Both the position numbers and the translations under genes were made by a program. A stretch of DNA of 64,000 bases from Polyangiales bacterium (GTDB taxonomy: Bacteria > Myxococcota_A > Polyangia > Polyangiales > Ga0077539), in contig JBGARZ010000005.1 of the NCBI GenBank assembly GCA_044229975.1, positions 256,001-320,000 of the forward strand, in the 5' to 3' direction. Under the pieces are notes generated by a model that was not told where the DNA came from, searched no databases, and saw only the letters and a list, made by a program, of their open reading frames with translations. How positions within the stretch are numbered: the first letter of the stretch is position 1; the number at the start of each line of letters is the position of its first letter. Positions 52,178 to 61,280 of the stretch are shown here, piece after piece.

Positions 52178-53359
52178 ATGACCCAGCCCGACCCGACCGG
52201 ATATCGCGAGCCCTCCACACCGACCTCCGCCGCGCCATGGAACCCCCGCGCCGTCCGCGCGTTTCGCTTCTCGCTGGCCTCGGTGCTGCTCGTCCCCTTC
52301 TTCACCGCGCTGCTCATCGCCGTCGATGACATCGGCGGACATCGCGCGAGCACTGTTCTTCCCGTGATGCTCTGTCTTGCGGTGCTGGCTTCGATCGCGT
52401 CGGTCGTCCTCGGCGTCGTCGGCGCCCGCGCGGGCCTCGCCGCGAGCCGCGAGGTGCCCGCCCATCCCGTCCCCGAGCGAGGGCGCTCCCTCGCCGTCGC
52501 CGCCATCCCTCTCGGGGTCATCGGCGCCGCGATGCAGTTCTTCGGCTTCCTCTTCGCGTGCCTCGTGCTGCCGTTCGTCGGCCGCGGTCGGCAGGTGCGG
52601 CACCTCGGCAAGCCCGCGCTCCCACCCGTCGAACCGGGCGACGCCTGGGCCCATCAACCGATCGAGCTCACCATCGACCCGACCGTGCGCGACGAGCTCG
52701 CCGCCCGCTGGCGCGACAACGGCCGCACCGAGCACGCCTCCGTCGCTGCCTTCGCGCGTCTCACGCTCGACCTCCTCGCCGTCGGTGCGCCGCCCTCGCT
52801 CATCGCGGCGGCACAACGCGACGCGCTCGACGAGGTGCGCCACGCCGAGACGTGCTTCGCTCTCGCCCGCGCCATCGACGGACGCGCACACTCGCCCGGC
52901 GCCTTCCCCGAAGCGGCGGCGACGACCGTGCTTTCGCGCTCGCGCGTCGTCGCGCTGTGTGCGCTCGCGGTCGATTCGCTCATCGACGGCGCGGTCAACG
53001 AGGGCGTCTCCGCACGCATCGCCGCGGCTCTGGCGCACCGCTGCGACGAGGGCCCGCTCAGGCTCGCGCTGCGGGGCATCGCCGCCGACGAGGGACGCCA
53101 CTCCGCCCACGGCTGGGACGTCGTGGAGTGGTGCGTCGCCCAGGGCGGAACACCCGTCGCGCGAGCGCTGATCGGCGCCATCGCCGGGCTCCCAGCGAAG
53201 GCGAGGGAGCGGCTCGCGACCGCGGCCGACGACGGCGCGTGGGAGCGCTGGGGCATCCACGGCCACGCGCTGGAGGCGGAGTCCTACGAGGCGGCGATGG
53301 CGGACGCGCGCCGCCGGGTGCAGCGACTCGCCGACGACGCGATGCTCCGCGCGGCGTGA
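52178..53359 (+). CDS. membrane-anchored ferritin-like domain protein
   Basis: N-terminal TMs; EHASVAAF, DEVRH, NEG, DEGRH di-metal motifs. Confidence 0.8.
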   Translation: MTQPDPTGYREPSTPTSAAPWNPRAVRAFRFSLASVLLVPFFTALLIAVDDIGGHRASTVLPVMLCLAVLASIASVVLGVVGARAGLAASREVPAHPVPERGRSLAVAAIPLGVIGAAMQFFGFLFACLVLPFVGRGRQVRHLGKPALPPVEPGDAWAHQPIELTIDPTVRDELAARWRDNGRTEHASVAAFARLTLDLLAVGAPPSLIAAAQRDALDEVRHAETCFALARAIDGRAHSPGAFPEAAATTVLSRSRVVALCALAVDSLIDGAVNEGVSARIAAALAHRCDEGPLRLALRGIAADEGRHSAHGWDVVEWCVAQGGTPVARALIGAIAGLPAKARERLATAADDGAWERWGIHGHALEAESYEAAMADARRRVQRLADDAMLRAA

Positions 53360-53367
53360 GGGCGACG

Positions 53368-53760
53368 ATGAAGCGACCGCGATGGGAGCTGGTCACGCAC
53401 CTCGACGGGTCACCGTCGCTGCTACCGCTCGCCCGCGCGCTGCTCGATGCGACGGGGCTCGGCGCGGTGGAGCTTCCGGGGTACAGCGAGTTCGTCCCGC
53501 GACAGCGGTGGGAGCGCTCGCTCGGTGAAGCTCGCGTGTCGCTCGGGGTCGATGTGTACGGGGTCGATCCCTACGCGGGCGGCGCATCGAGCGCGGAGTG
53601 GATGCGCGTCGAGGGGCTGGCCGACCGATCGCTGCGAGCGTCCATCGCGGAGATCGCCTGGGTCGGCCCCGAGCTCGACGTCGCCGCAGAGGGGCCGCCC
53701 GAATGGACCGAGGCCATCGCGACGGCGGTGCAGGAGTTCATCGCGACCCACGATCGGTAG
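53368..53760 (+). CDS. hypothetical protein
   Basis: GAGG before ATG; follows the previous gene by 8 nt. Confidence 0.6.
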   Translation: MKRPRWELVTHLDGSPSLLPLARALLDATGLGAVELPGYSEFVPRQRWERSLGEARVSLGVDVYGVDPYAGGASSAEWMRVEGLADRSLRASIAEIAWVGPELDVAAEGPPEWTEAIATAVQEFIATHDR

Positions 53761-54189
53761 TCACGGCCCGCGCCTCACCTCCGCCGCGAACAGCACCACC
53801 CACGCCACGAGGATCGCCAGCGAGCTCAGCCCCGCCATGCCCGCCGCGAGCTTCTGCCGCGGCGGCCCCGCGAACACGAACGCATCGACGCCCGCGGCCT
53901 TGAACACATACGGCACCGGGTTGAGCCACCCCCCGAACACCAAGAGCACCGCTACCGGCCCAGCCGTGGTCGCCGCGATGGGCCAGCGATCGAGCACGAA
54001 CGCCGCCGTCACCTGCATGAACGCCAGCATCAACCAGTCGAGGTGCGCGGCGGTCATCAGCCGCGAGCGCAGGAGCTTCCCGAACGACTGCCCCCACGGT
54101 TGCATCGGCAGCAGCATCGCGAACCCGAGCAGGCACGCGAAGATGATCTGGAGCGCGGCGTTGAGGGCGAGCAGGCGGGGTGCGTTCAC
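53761..54189 (-). CDS. four-TM membrane protein
   Basis: Four hydrophobic segments, AHLDW; TACCAT 7 nt before GTG. Confidence 0.7.
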   Translation of the reverse strand: MNAPRLLALNAALQIIFACLLGFAMLLPMQPWGQSFGKLLRSRLMTAAHLDWLMLAFMQVTAAFVLDRWPIAATTAGPVAVLLVFGGWLNPVPYVFKAAGVDAFVFAGPPRQKLAAGMAGLSSLAILVAWVVLFAAEVRRGP

Positions 54190-54253
54190 GCGCCCGATGG
54201 TACCGGCACTTCGACGGCGAGAACCCGCGACCGCATCCGTTGTCGCACCGGAC

Positions 54254-55069
54254 ATGCGCCGCTCTCTCGCCTGCCTGTCGTTGACCACGCTGCTCGGCTG
54301 CGCACCCCCGCTGGCCCGCGCGACGCCCATCGAGCGCGACGCCTCTGCCGTCGTCGTCACGCCGGATGTCCCTCGCGTGATGCCGACGCTCCACGAGCCG
54401 TCGGTCTATGTCGACCTCGCGGTTCCGGGGTACGGCGACGCCGTGCTGGTGGTGCCCGTGGGGGCGACGGGTCCGCGCCCGGTGGTCGTCCTCGGACACG
54501 GCAACTACGACCGCCCCGAGTGGGAGTGCCGCACGTGGCGGTACGTCACGCACGGTCGGGCCTTCGTGCTGTGCCCGCGCGGCCTGCTCCGCAACGACGT
54601 CACCGGCGCCGATGCGCCCCGCTTCACCTTTCGCAACGAGGTCGCGTTTGCGTCCGAGGCCAACGCGGGCCTCGCGGCGCTGCGGGCGCGCTACCCCGAC
54701 TACGTCGCGGCGGGCCCCGTCGCCTACGTCGGCTTTTCGTTGGGCGCGATCTTCGGGCCGGGTGTGGTCCCGCGCCTCGACGGCGGCGTGTCGCAGGTCG
54801 CGCTCGTCGAGGGCGGCTACGACGGCTGGACGGCCTCGCGCGGCCGGGCGTTTCGGGCGCGCGGTGGGACGCGCATCCTCTTTGTCAGCGGGCAGTCCGT
54901 GAACGCCGCCGCCGCGCGCCGCGCCACCGGGCGCCTCGCCGGGACCGGCGTGGAGACGCTGACCCTCCACGTGCCCGCGGCGGGTCACTCGTACGGCGGC
55001 GGTCTCATGCGTCGGTTGCCCGATGCCTTCGATGCGCTGGTGACAGGTGACCCTCGCTTCGCGCCGTAG
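54254..55069 (+). CDS. alpha/beta-hydrolase-fold lipoprotein
   Basis: Lipobox LLGC; HG (LGHGN), GFSLG nucleophile elbow, GHSY. Confidence 0.75.
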   Translation: MRRSLACLSLTTLLGCAPPLARATPIERDASAVVVTPDVPRVMPTLHEPSVYVDLAVPGYGDAVLVVPVGATGPRPVVVLGHGNYDRPEWECRTWRYVTHGRAFVLCPRGLLRNDVTGADAPRFTFRNEVAFASEANAGLAALRARYPDYVAAGPVAYVGFSLGAIFGPGVVPRLDGGVSQVALVEGGYDGWTASRGRAFRARGGTRILFVSGQSVNAAAARRATGRLAGTGVETLTLHVPAAGHSYGGGLMRRLPDAFDALVTGDPRFAP

Positions 55070-55127
55070 CGAGCGGCGCCCTCCCGTAGTGCGCGAGCTT
55101 GAGTCGCAGCGTCCCGGGTCGAACCCA

Positions 55128-55371
55128 CCGCGTCCACGCCGGAGTTCACCGTGCCGTCGCCGCGCCCATCACGCTCGGTTCACTCCGGGCTATTTCACGC
55201 GGATCGCCCCGCCCGAAGCGGGGCTCAGTGAATCTGATCCTGAGCCACCAACCGTGGCATGGGGGGGCGCCTGAGCCCCGCTTCAGGCGGGGCGATCCGC
55301 GTGAAATAGCCCGGAGTGAACCGAGCGTGACGGGCGCGGCGACGGCACGGTGAACTCCGGCGTGGGCGCGG
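55128..55371. repeat. intergenic long inverted repeat, 101-bp arms (3 mismatches), 42-nt spacer; REPIN/MITE-like
   Basis: 55128-55228 is the reverse complement of 55271-55371; each arm holds a short GCCCCGC..GCGGGGC hairpin. Confidence 0.92.
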
Positions 55372-55485
55372 CGGGCTGTCCGACTCTGGAAGCGGAGGAG
55401 AAGTCAGTGTCCTCAGTGGACACCACCCGCCCTCCCCGTCCCCGATGACCTTTGCGCCGATCGGCGGTACACCCTCGACCCACCC

Positions 55486-56235
55486 ATGGAACTCTCCGGC
55501 TCCATCGCACTCGTCACCGGTGGCGGCCGCGGCATCGGGGAGGCCATCGCGCGACGCCTCGCCGCCGCGGGCCTGCGCGTCGTCGTCTCGGGCCGTGACG
55601 TCGCCGCGCTCGAAGCCGTCGCCTCCTCCATCGGCGGCGTCGCGCTCCCGGCCGACCTCACCGACCGCGCCTCGGTCGAGTCCCTCGCGCGCACCGTCAC
55701 CCGCGTCGTCGGCCCCGTCGCAGTGCTCGTCAACAACGCCGGCCTCGCCGAGAGCGCCCCCCTCGCCCGCACCGACGACGCCATCTGGGACCGCACCATG
55801 GCCCTCAACGTCACGGCGGCGTTTACGCTGTGCCGCGCGCTCGTTCCCGACATGGCGAAGCGCGGCCCCGGGCGCGTGGTCAATGTTGCCAGCAACGCGG
55901 GGCTGCGCGGGTACGCTTACACAAGTGCTTACTGCGCGAGCAAACACGCCATGGTGGGGCTCACCCGCGCGCTGGCGGTGGAGTTCGCTCGCACCGGGGT
56001 GACGGTCAACGCGGTGTGCCCGGGCTTCGTCGACACGGCCATGAGCGACCGGGCAGCGACCAACATCGCGAAGGCCACCGGGCGCGACGGCCACGAGGCG
56101 CTGGCCGCGCTCTCGCCGCAGCGACGACTGATGACGCCCGAGGAGGTGGCGCACACGGTGTGGAGCTTTCTGCCGCACGAGGCGCGCGGGCTTACCGGGC
56201 AGTGTATCGCGCTCGACGGAGGGCAGACGGCATGA
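55486..56235 (+). CDS. SDR-family oxidoreductase
   Basis: TGGGRGIG, NNAG, YCASK, VCPG. Confidence 0.93.
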   Translation: MELSGSIALVTGGGRGIGEAIARRLAAAGLRVVVSGRDVAALEAVASSIGGVALPADLTDRASVESLARTVTRVVGPVAVLVNNAGLAESAPLARTDDAIWDRTMALNVTAAFTLCRALVPDMAKRGPGRVVNVASNAGLRGYAYTSAYCASKHAMVGLTRALAVEFARTGVTVNAVCPGFVDTAMSDRAATNIAKATGRDGHEALAALSPQRRLMTPEEVAHTVWSFLPHEARGLTGQCIALDGGQTA

Positions 56236-56642
56236 GCGGAGAGGCGGTTTCCCCAGAGGGATGGGCCCCGGCGAAGGGCTACGCCAACGGCGTGGTGTGC
56301 GGCCCGGGGCGCACCGTGTACGTCGGCGGGCAGATCGGCTGGGACGGCCAGCAGCAGCCCGTGTCGGACGAGTTCGTGGCGCAGTTCGATCAGGCGCTCG
56401 CCAACGTGGTGGCGGTGGTCGAAGCGGCGGGCGGCAGCGCGACGGACGTGGTGAAGATGACCGTCTACGTGACGGACATGGCCGCGTATCGCTCGTCGCT
56501 CAAGGCCATCGGCGCGAGCTGGCGTGTGCGGCTGGGCAGGCACTTCCCGGCGATGGCGCTGCTCGGCGTGAGCGTGCTGGTCGAGCCCTGGGCGAAGGTC
56601 GAAATCGAGGCCATCGCCCACATCACCCAACAGAACGGTTGA
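56232..56642 (+). CDS. RidA/YjgF-family protein
   Basis: GYANG, GGQIGWD, Q...AL.N, FPAMAL, VEIEA; ATGA overlap. Confidence 0.9.
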   Translation: MSGEAVSPEGWAPAKGYANGVVCGPGRTVYVGGQIGWDGQQQPVSDEFVAQFDQALANVVAVVEAAGGSATDVVKMTVYVTDMAAYRSSLKAIGASWRVRLGRHFPAMALLGVSVLVEPWAKVEIEAIAHITQQNG

Positions 56643-56648
56643 CCCCCA

Positions 56649-57455
56649 ATGACGGACCTCTCCCCGAAGACCTTCCGCTTCTCGCTCTCGCACGGCGTCG
56701 GAACCATCACCCTCGACCGCCCGCAGCGCCTCAACTCACTGACCTTCGAGAGCTACATCGAGCTCGGGGCGTTTTTTCCAGAGCTGGAGAAGCACCCCGA
56801 GGTGCGGGCGCTGGTGATCACCGGCGAGGGCAATGGGTTCTGCTCGGGCGGTGACCGGCAGGACATCATCGCGAAGCTCTTCGAGCGCGACATGGCGGGG
56901 CTGCTGGAGTTCACGCGCATCACGGGCGCCCTCATCCGGGCGATTCGCCGGGTGCGGCGGCCGGTGATCGCGGCCGTCAACGGCGTGGCCGTGGGAGCGG
57001 GCGCGGTGATGGCGCTGGCGTGTGATCTGCGAATCGTCTCGGAAGACGCGCGCTTCGGCTTCGTGTTTCCGAAGGTGGGTCTGTCGGGCGCGGACATGGG
57101 CGCGGCGTACCTGCTACCGCGCGTGGTGGGCCTGGGGCGCGCGTCGGAGCTGCTCTTCATGGGCGACCTCATCGACGCGCAGGAGGCGCTGCGCATCGGG
57201 CTGGCCAACCGGGTGGTGGCGAAGTCGGAGGTGCTGTCGACGGCGCTGGAGCTGGCGCAGCGGATGAGCGACGGGCCGGCGTTTGCGCACGCGATGACCA
57301 AGCAGATGATCGAGGCGGAGTCGACGATGGGTCTCGACGAGGCCATCGAGGCGGAGGCGCAGGCGCAGGCGATCTGCATGGCGCACCCGGATTTCCGCGA
57401 GGCGTACAACGCGCTGGTGGACAAGCGGCCACCGAGGTTCGCGGGTGTGGAGTGA
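56649..57455 (+). CDS. enoyl-CoA hydratase family protein
   Basis: RLNSLTF, FCSGGD, AVNGVAVGAG, GADMG. Confidence 0.92.
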   Translation: MTDLSPKTFRFSLSHGVGTITLDRPQRLNSLTFESYIELGAFFPELEKHPEVRALVITGEGNGFCSGGDRQDIIAKLFERDMAGLLEFTRITGALIRAIRRVRRPVIAAVNGVAVGAGAVMALACDLRIVSEDARFGFVFPKVGLSGADMGAAYLLPRVVGLGRASELLFMGDLIDAQEALRIGLANRVVAKSEVLSTALELAQRMSDGPAFAHAMTKQMIEAESTMGLDEAIEAEAQAQAICMAHPDFREAYNALVDKRPPRFAGVE

Positions 57456-57458
57456 GTG

Positions 57459-58637
57459 ATGACCAGACGAGCGTGCGCGCCGAGCAGCGATGACCTGACC
57501 TTCTTCTTCGACGACTGGCACGCGCCGCTGGCGGAGCGGGCCCGGTCCCTGGCTATGGAGCCGTGGCCCGAGGCGCACGAAGACCCCGCCGCCATGGCGA
57601 AGCGGCTGGGGGATGAGGGGCTGTTGCGGGCGTGTGTTCCGTCGAGCGTGGGGGGATTGGCGGCGCGAGACCCGGACGCCATCGACGTGCGCGCGGTGTG
57701 TCTCGTGCGCGAGGCGCTGGGCTGGGGCAGCGGGCTGCTCGACACGGTCTTTGCGATGCAGGGACTGGGCAGCTACCCCATCGTGCTGGCGGGGACGAAG
57801 GCGCAGCGCGAGGAGTATCTCCCGGCGGTGCTGCGCGGTGAGTCGCTGGCGGCGTTTGCGATCACCGAGCACGAAGCGGGGACGGACGTCTCTTCGCTGG
57901 AGACGGTGGCGCGACGTGATGGTGATGGGTGGGTGCTCGATGGCGAGAAGACCTTCATCTCCAACGCGGGGGTGGCAGGGCACTATGTGGTGTTCGCCAA
58001 CGCCGATCCGTCGCAGGGGAGAAAGGGGATCACGGCGTTCATCGTGCGGCCGAGTGACCCTGGGTTTGTCTTCAAGGGGGCGATTCCGATGATGGCCGAT
58101 CACCCGATTGGCACCATCGCCTTCGAGGGTTGTCGGTTGGACGATGAGCGCCGGCTCGGCGCGGTGGGCGACGGGTTTCGCATCGCGATGACGACGCTGG
58201 ATGCCTTCCGCAGCACGGTGGGCGCGGCGGCGCTGGGGATGGCGCGTCGGGCGCTGGACGAGTCCATCGACCGGGTCACGAAGCGCAAGCAGTTCGGGAA
58301 GGCGATCGGAACCTTCCAGACGGTTCAGGGCTACCTCGCCGAGATGGCGACGGACCTGGATGCGGCGCGGCTCCTGGTCTACCGGGCGGCGTGGACGAAG
58401 GACCGTGGGGCCGCGCGGGTGACGCTGGAGGCGAGCATGGGGAAGATGTTCGCGACGGAGGCGGCGCAGCGGGTGATCGACCGCGCGGTGCAGTTGCACG
58501 GCGGGACGGGCGTGGTGCGCGGCGTGGCCGTCGAGCGCCTGTATCGGGAGGTGCGAGCGCTGCGCATCTACGAGGGGACGACGGAGATTCAGCGGCTGGT
58601 CATCGCGGGGCAGTTGTTGCCAAAGGGAATGGGCTGA
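57459..58637 (+). CDS. acyl-CoA dehydrogenase
   Basis: [42 protein letters not shown]. Confidence 0.94.
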   Translation: MTRRACAPSSDDLTFFFDDWHAPLAERARSLAMEPWPEAHEDPAAMAKRLGDEGLLRACVPSSVGGLAARDPDAIDVRAVCLVREALGWGSGLLDTVFAMQGLGSYPIVLAGTKAQREEYLPAVLRGESLAAFAITEHEAGTDVSSLETVARRDGDGWVLDGEKTFISNAGVAGHYVVFANADPSQGRKGITAFIVRPSDPGFVFKGAIPMMADHPIGTIAFEGCRLDDERRLGAVGDGFRIAMTTLDAFRSTVGAAALGMARRALDESIDRVTKRKQFGKAIGTFQTVQGYLAEMATDLDAARLLVYRAAWTKDRGAARVTLEASMGKMFATEAAQRVIDRAVQLHGGTGVVRGVAVERLYREVRALRIYEGTTEIQRLVIAGQLLPKGMG

Positions 58638-58640
58638 ACG

Positions 58641-60260
58641 ATGAGCGCGGTAACCTTTCCAGACGTCTTCAACCTGGCGGACTACTTCCTCTTCGATCGG
58701 CTGAAGGAGGGCCTCGGCGACACCGTCGCGCTGCGCTTCGGCGACCGACAATGGACCTACGCGGAGGTGGCAGCGCGCACGGAGAGCGTGGCGGCGCTGC
58801 TGCACGACGCGGGGCTGCGCCACGAGGAGCGGGTGCTCATCGTGCTGCCCGACCTGCCGCCGTTTGCGTGGACCTTCTTCGGGGTGTTGAAGGCCGGCGG
58901 GGTGATTGCGATGGGCAACCCCGACGCGCCGGCGGGCGACCTCGCGTATCTGACGGAGTACACGCGGGCGTCGGTGATCGTCACGGTTCCGCGGGTGGTG
59001 ACGGCGCTGCACGAGGGGCTGCGGACGTCACCGTGGTTGAAGGCGGTGTTCGTGGTGCCTGACGCGGCGACGGGAGAAGACCCGGAAGCCGAGGTTGGAT
59101 TCGACAGTGTGCCCGGGAGGCGGAGCGAGACGCTGTCGTCGGCGCTGGCGTTTGGACATCGGAGCGGGCGGCGGCTGGAGGTGGTGCCGACGCGGCGCGA
59201 CGACGTCGCGGTGTGGCTGTTTACGAGCGGGTCGACGGGCAAGCCCAAGGCTGCGGTGCACACGCATCGGGACTTCGCGTTCAACACGGAGGTGTACGCG
59301 CTGAAGACGGTGGGTTATCGGCGCGGTGACGTGTGCGTGAGCGTGCCGCGGTTGTTCTTTGGATATGCGACCGGCACCAACCTGATGTTCCCCTTCCGGG
59401 TGGGGGCGACGGTGGGGATGTTCTCCGAGCGGCCGACGGTGGAGTCGCTGACGACAGCCATCGCACAGTACCGGCCGACGGTGCTGACCAACGTTCCGAC
59501 CATGATCGGCAAGCTATTGGAGCAGGGGAAGGAGCTCGACCTGTCGTCGCTGCGCTTCTGCCTGTCAGCGGGTGAAGCGCTGCCGCCGACGCTGCTCGCG
59601 CGGTGGACCGAGCGTTTCGGCGTGGAGGTCTACGACGGCATCGGGTCGGCGGAGATGTTTCACATCTACGTGAGCAACCGGCCGGGTGACGTGAAGCCGG
59701 GATCACTGGGCAAGGTGGTCGAGGGGTATACGATCAAGGTATTGCCCAGGGACGCCATCGGGCCGGGGGCGGAGGCGGCGGCTGTGAATGAAGTGGGCGT
59801 GCTGTGGGTGAGCGGGGACAGCGTCGCCATCGGGTATCACGGCGATCGGGACAAGAGCTGGGAGACGTTCCACGGGCGCTGGTGCTCGACGGGGGATTTG
59901 TTCAGGTTGGATGAAGAGGGGTACCTCTGGTTTGGCGGGAGGGCCGACGAGCTGCTGAAGATCTCGGGGCTCTGGGTGTCTCCACTGGAGGTGGAGGATT
60001 GCCTGTTGGAGCACCCGGCGGTGGCAGAGGTCGCGGTGATCGGGGTCGAGGTGGAGGGGCTGCTGGCGTCGCGGGCGTACGTGGTGGCGCGCGAAGGGCA
60101 CGCAGCGGGCGATGGGCTGGCGGGTGAGCTTCAGCAGTGGGCGAAGGGGCGGCTGGCGCGGCATAAGTACCCGCGACAGGTGGTCTTCGTGAGCGAGCTG
60201 CCGAAGAACGATCGGGGGAAGATCGATCGGAAGGCGTTGAAGGCGCGGGTGGGCGGGTAA
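58641..60260 (+). CDS. benzoate/aminobenzoate-CoA ligase family protein
   Basis: WLFTSGSTGKPK, LFFGYATG, SAGEAL, DGIGSAEMFHI, TGD, GKIDR. Confidence 0.9.
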   Translation: MSAVTFPDVFNLADYFLFDRLKEGLGDTVALRFGDRQWTYAEVAARTESVAALLHDAGLRHEERVLIVLPDLPPFAWTFFGVLKAGGVIAMGNPDAPAGDLAYLTEYTRASVIVTVPRVVTALHEGLRTSPWLKAVFVVPDAATGEDPEAEVGFDSVPGRRSETLSSALAFGHRSGRRLEVVPTRRDDVAVWLFTSGSTGKPKAAVHTHRDFAFNTEVYALKTVGYRRGDVCVSVPRLFFGYATGTNLMFPFRVGATVGMFSERPTVESLTTAIAQYRPTVLTNVPTMIGKLLEQGKELDLSSLRFCLSAGEALPPTLLARWTERFGVEVYDGIGSAEMFHIYVSNRPGDVKPGSLGKVVEGYTIKVLPRDAIGPGAEAAAVNEVGVLWVSGDSVAIGYHGDRDKSWETFHGRWCSTGDLFRLDEEGYLWFGGRADELLKISGLWVSPLEVEDCLLEHPAVAEVAVIGVEVEGLLASRAYVVAREGHAAGDGLAGELQQWAKGRLARHKYPRQVVFVSELPKNDRGKIDRKALKARVGG

Positions 60261-60431
60261 CGCTCGACGGCCGTCCGATTGGCTGTTTGCTTGAGCAGAT
60301 TGTTGGTGGGACAGGCCGCTTGTTGGACGCTGGGGTTCGCGCGTTGACGCTCACCCCAGCGTCCAGCCATTGGCCTGCCCACTGACCATCGAGCCGAACT
60401 CGAACTGACCAACCGCACCAACGGCCAGCCG

Positions 60432-61097
60432 CTACTGCAACGTCACGCTCGCCGCCGGCACCACCGCTGGCGGCTCCCGCGCGTCGAGCCCCGCATCCAG
60501 CCGCTCGTAGCTCCCGCGCCACACCGCCCGATAGAGCCAGCGCAGCAGCAGCGGCAGCTCCGCGAGCACGCCCGCCCGCTCGTCGGGCGACACCACCGAG
60601 AGAATCCACGGCAGCGCAAACCCGATCTCCGCCAGGCTCGACCGCTTCCGCAGCCCCTCCTCGAAGACCCGCTGCTCGGCCAGCGACATCAACCGCGACA
60701 CCGCCGGAACCACCAGCGCCTCCTCGGCGTCGAGGTGATACCGGATGAGCGCCGCGAGCCCCGCGCTCGCCTCGACCAGCTCACTCCCGCCACCTGCCGC
60801 AAGACCCGCCGCGACCCGCTCCAGCAGCGCCGCCATCTCGCGATGATCGCCCTCCAACGTCGCGAAGCCCGCCCCGAGCGATCCGTCGCGCTCCCGCAGC
60901 ATCGGGAAGAACATCTCGTCCTCCAGGTGGTGGTGCTCCTCCAGCTGATGTCGGAAGCGCGCGAACCACCGCGCCATCGACGCGACCTCGGTCTTCGACG
61001 GCCGCCGCGCCGCGCGCTGCGCCAGGCGAACGGTGTCGCGCCGCATCGCCTGATGGATGAACAAGAGCCCGTGCAAGGAGAAGTTTTCGTGCGTCAT
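60432..61097 (-). CDS. hemerythrin/HHE-domain protein
   Basis: HQAMRRD, HHHLEDE..FP, DH, HLDAEE. Confidence 0.85.
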   Translation of the reverse strand: MTHENFSLHGLLFIHQAMRRDTVRLAQRAARRPSKTEVASMARWFARFRHQLEEHHHLEDEMFFPMLRERDGSLGAGFATLEGDHREMAALLERVAAGLAAGGGSELVEASAGLAALIRYHLDAEEALVVPAVSRLMSLAEQRVFEEGLRKRSSLAEIGFALPWILSVVSPDERAGVLAELPLLLRWLYRAVWRGSYERLDAGLDAREPPAVVPAASVTLQ

Positions 61098-61280
61098 GGG
61101 TGAAGCCTTTCGAGGTGCCGCCAGCGGCGTCACACCGTCACTGCAACCACCTCGCCAACCCGTCTCGCACGGCTGATTCTCAGCCTATTGGCACGATCGT
61201 ACGCCCCGCGAACCATCTCGCGCCCACACCGACTGCGCGCCCCTCGCGCGGATTGAGCAACTCCGGCCCGATCCGTCTCC

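Noticed and set aside
61188..61205. Sigma-54 promoter (TTGGCACG)
   Set aside because: No TTGC at the -12 position, and it points away from the adjacent minus-strand gene.
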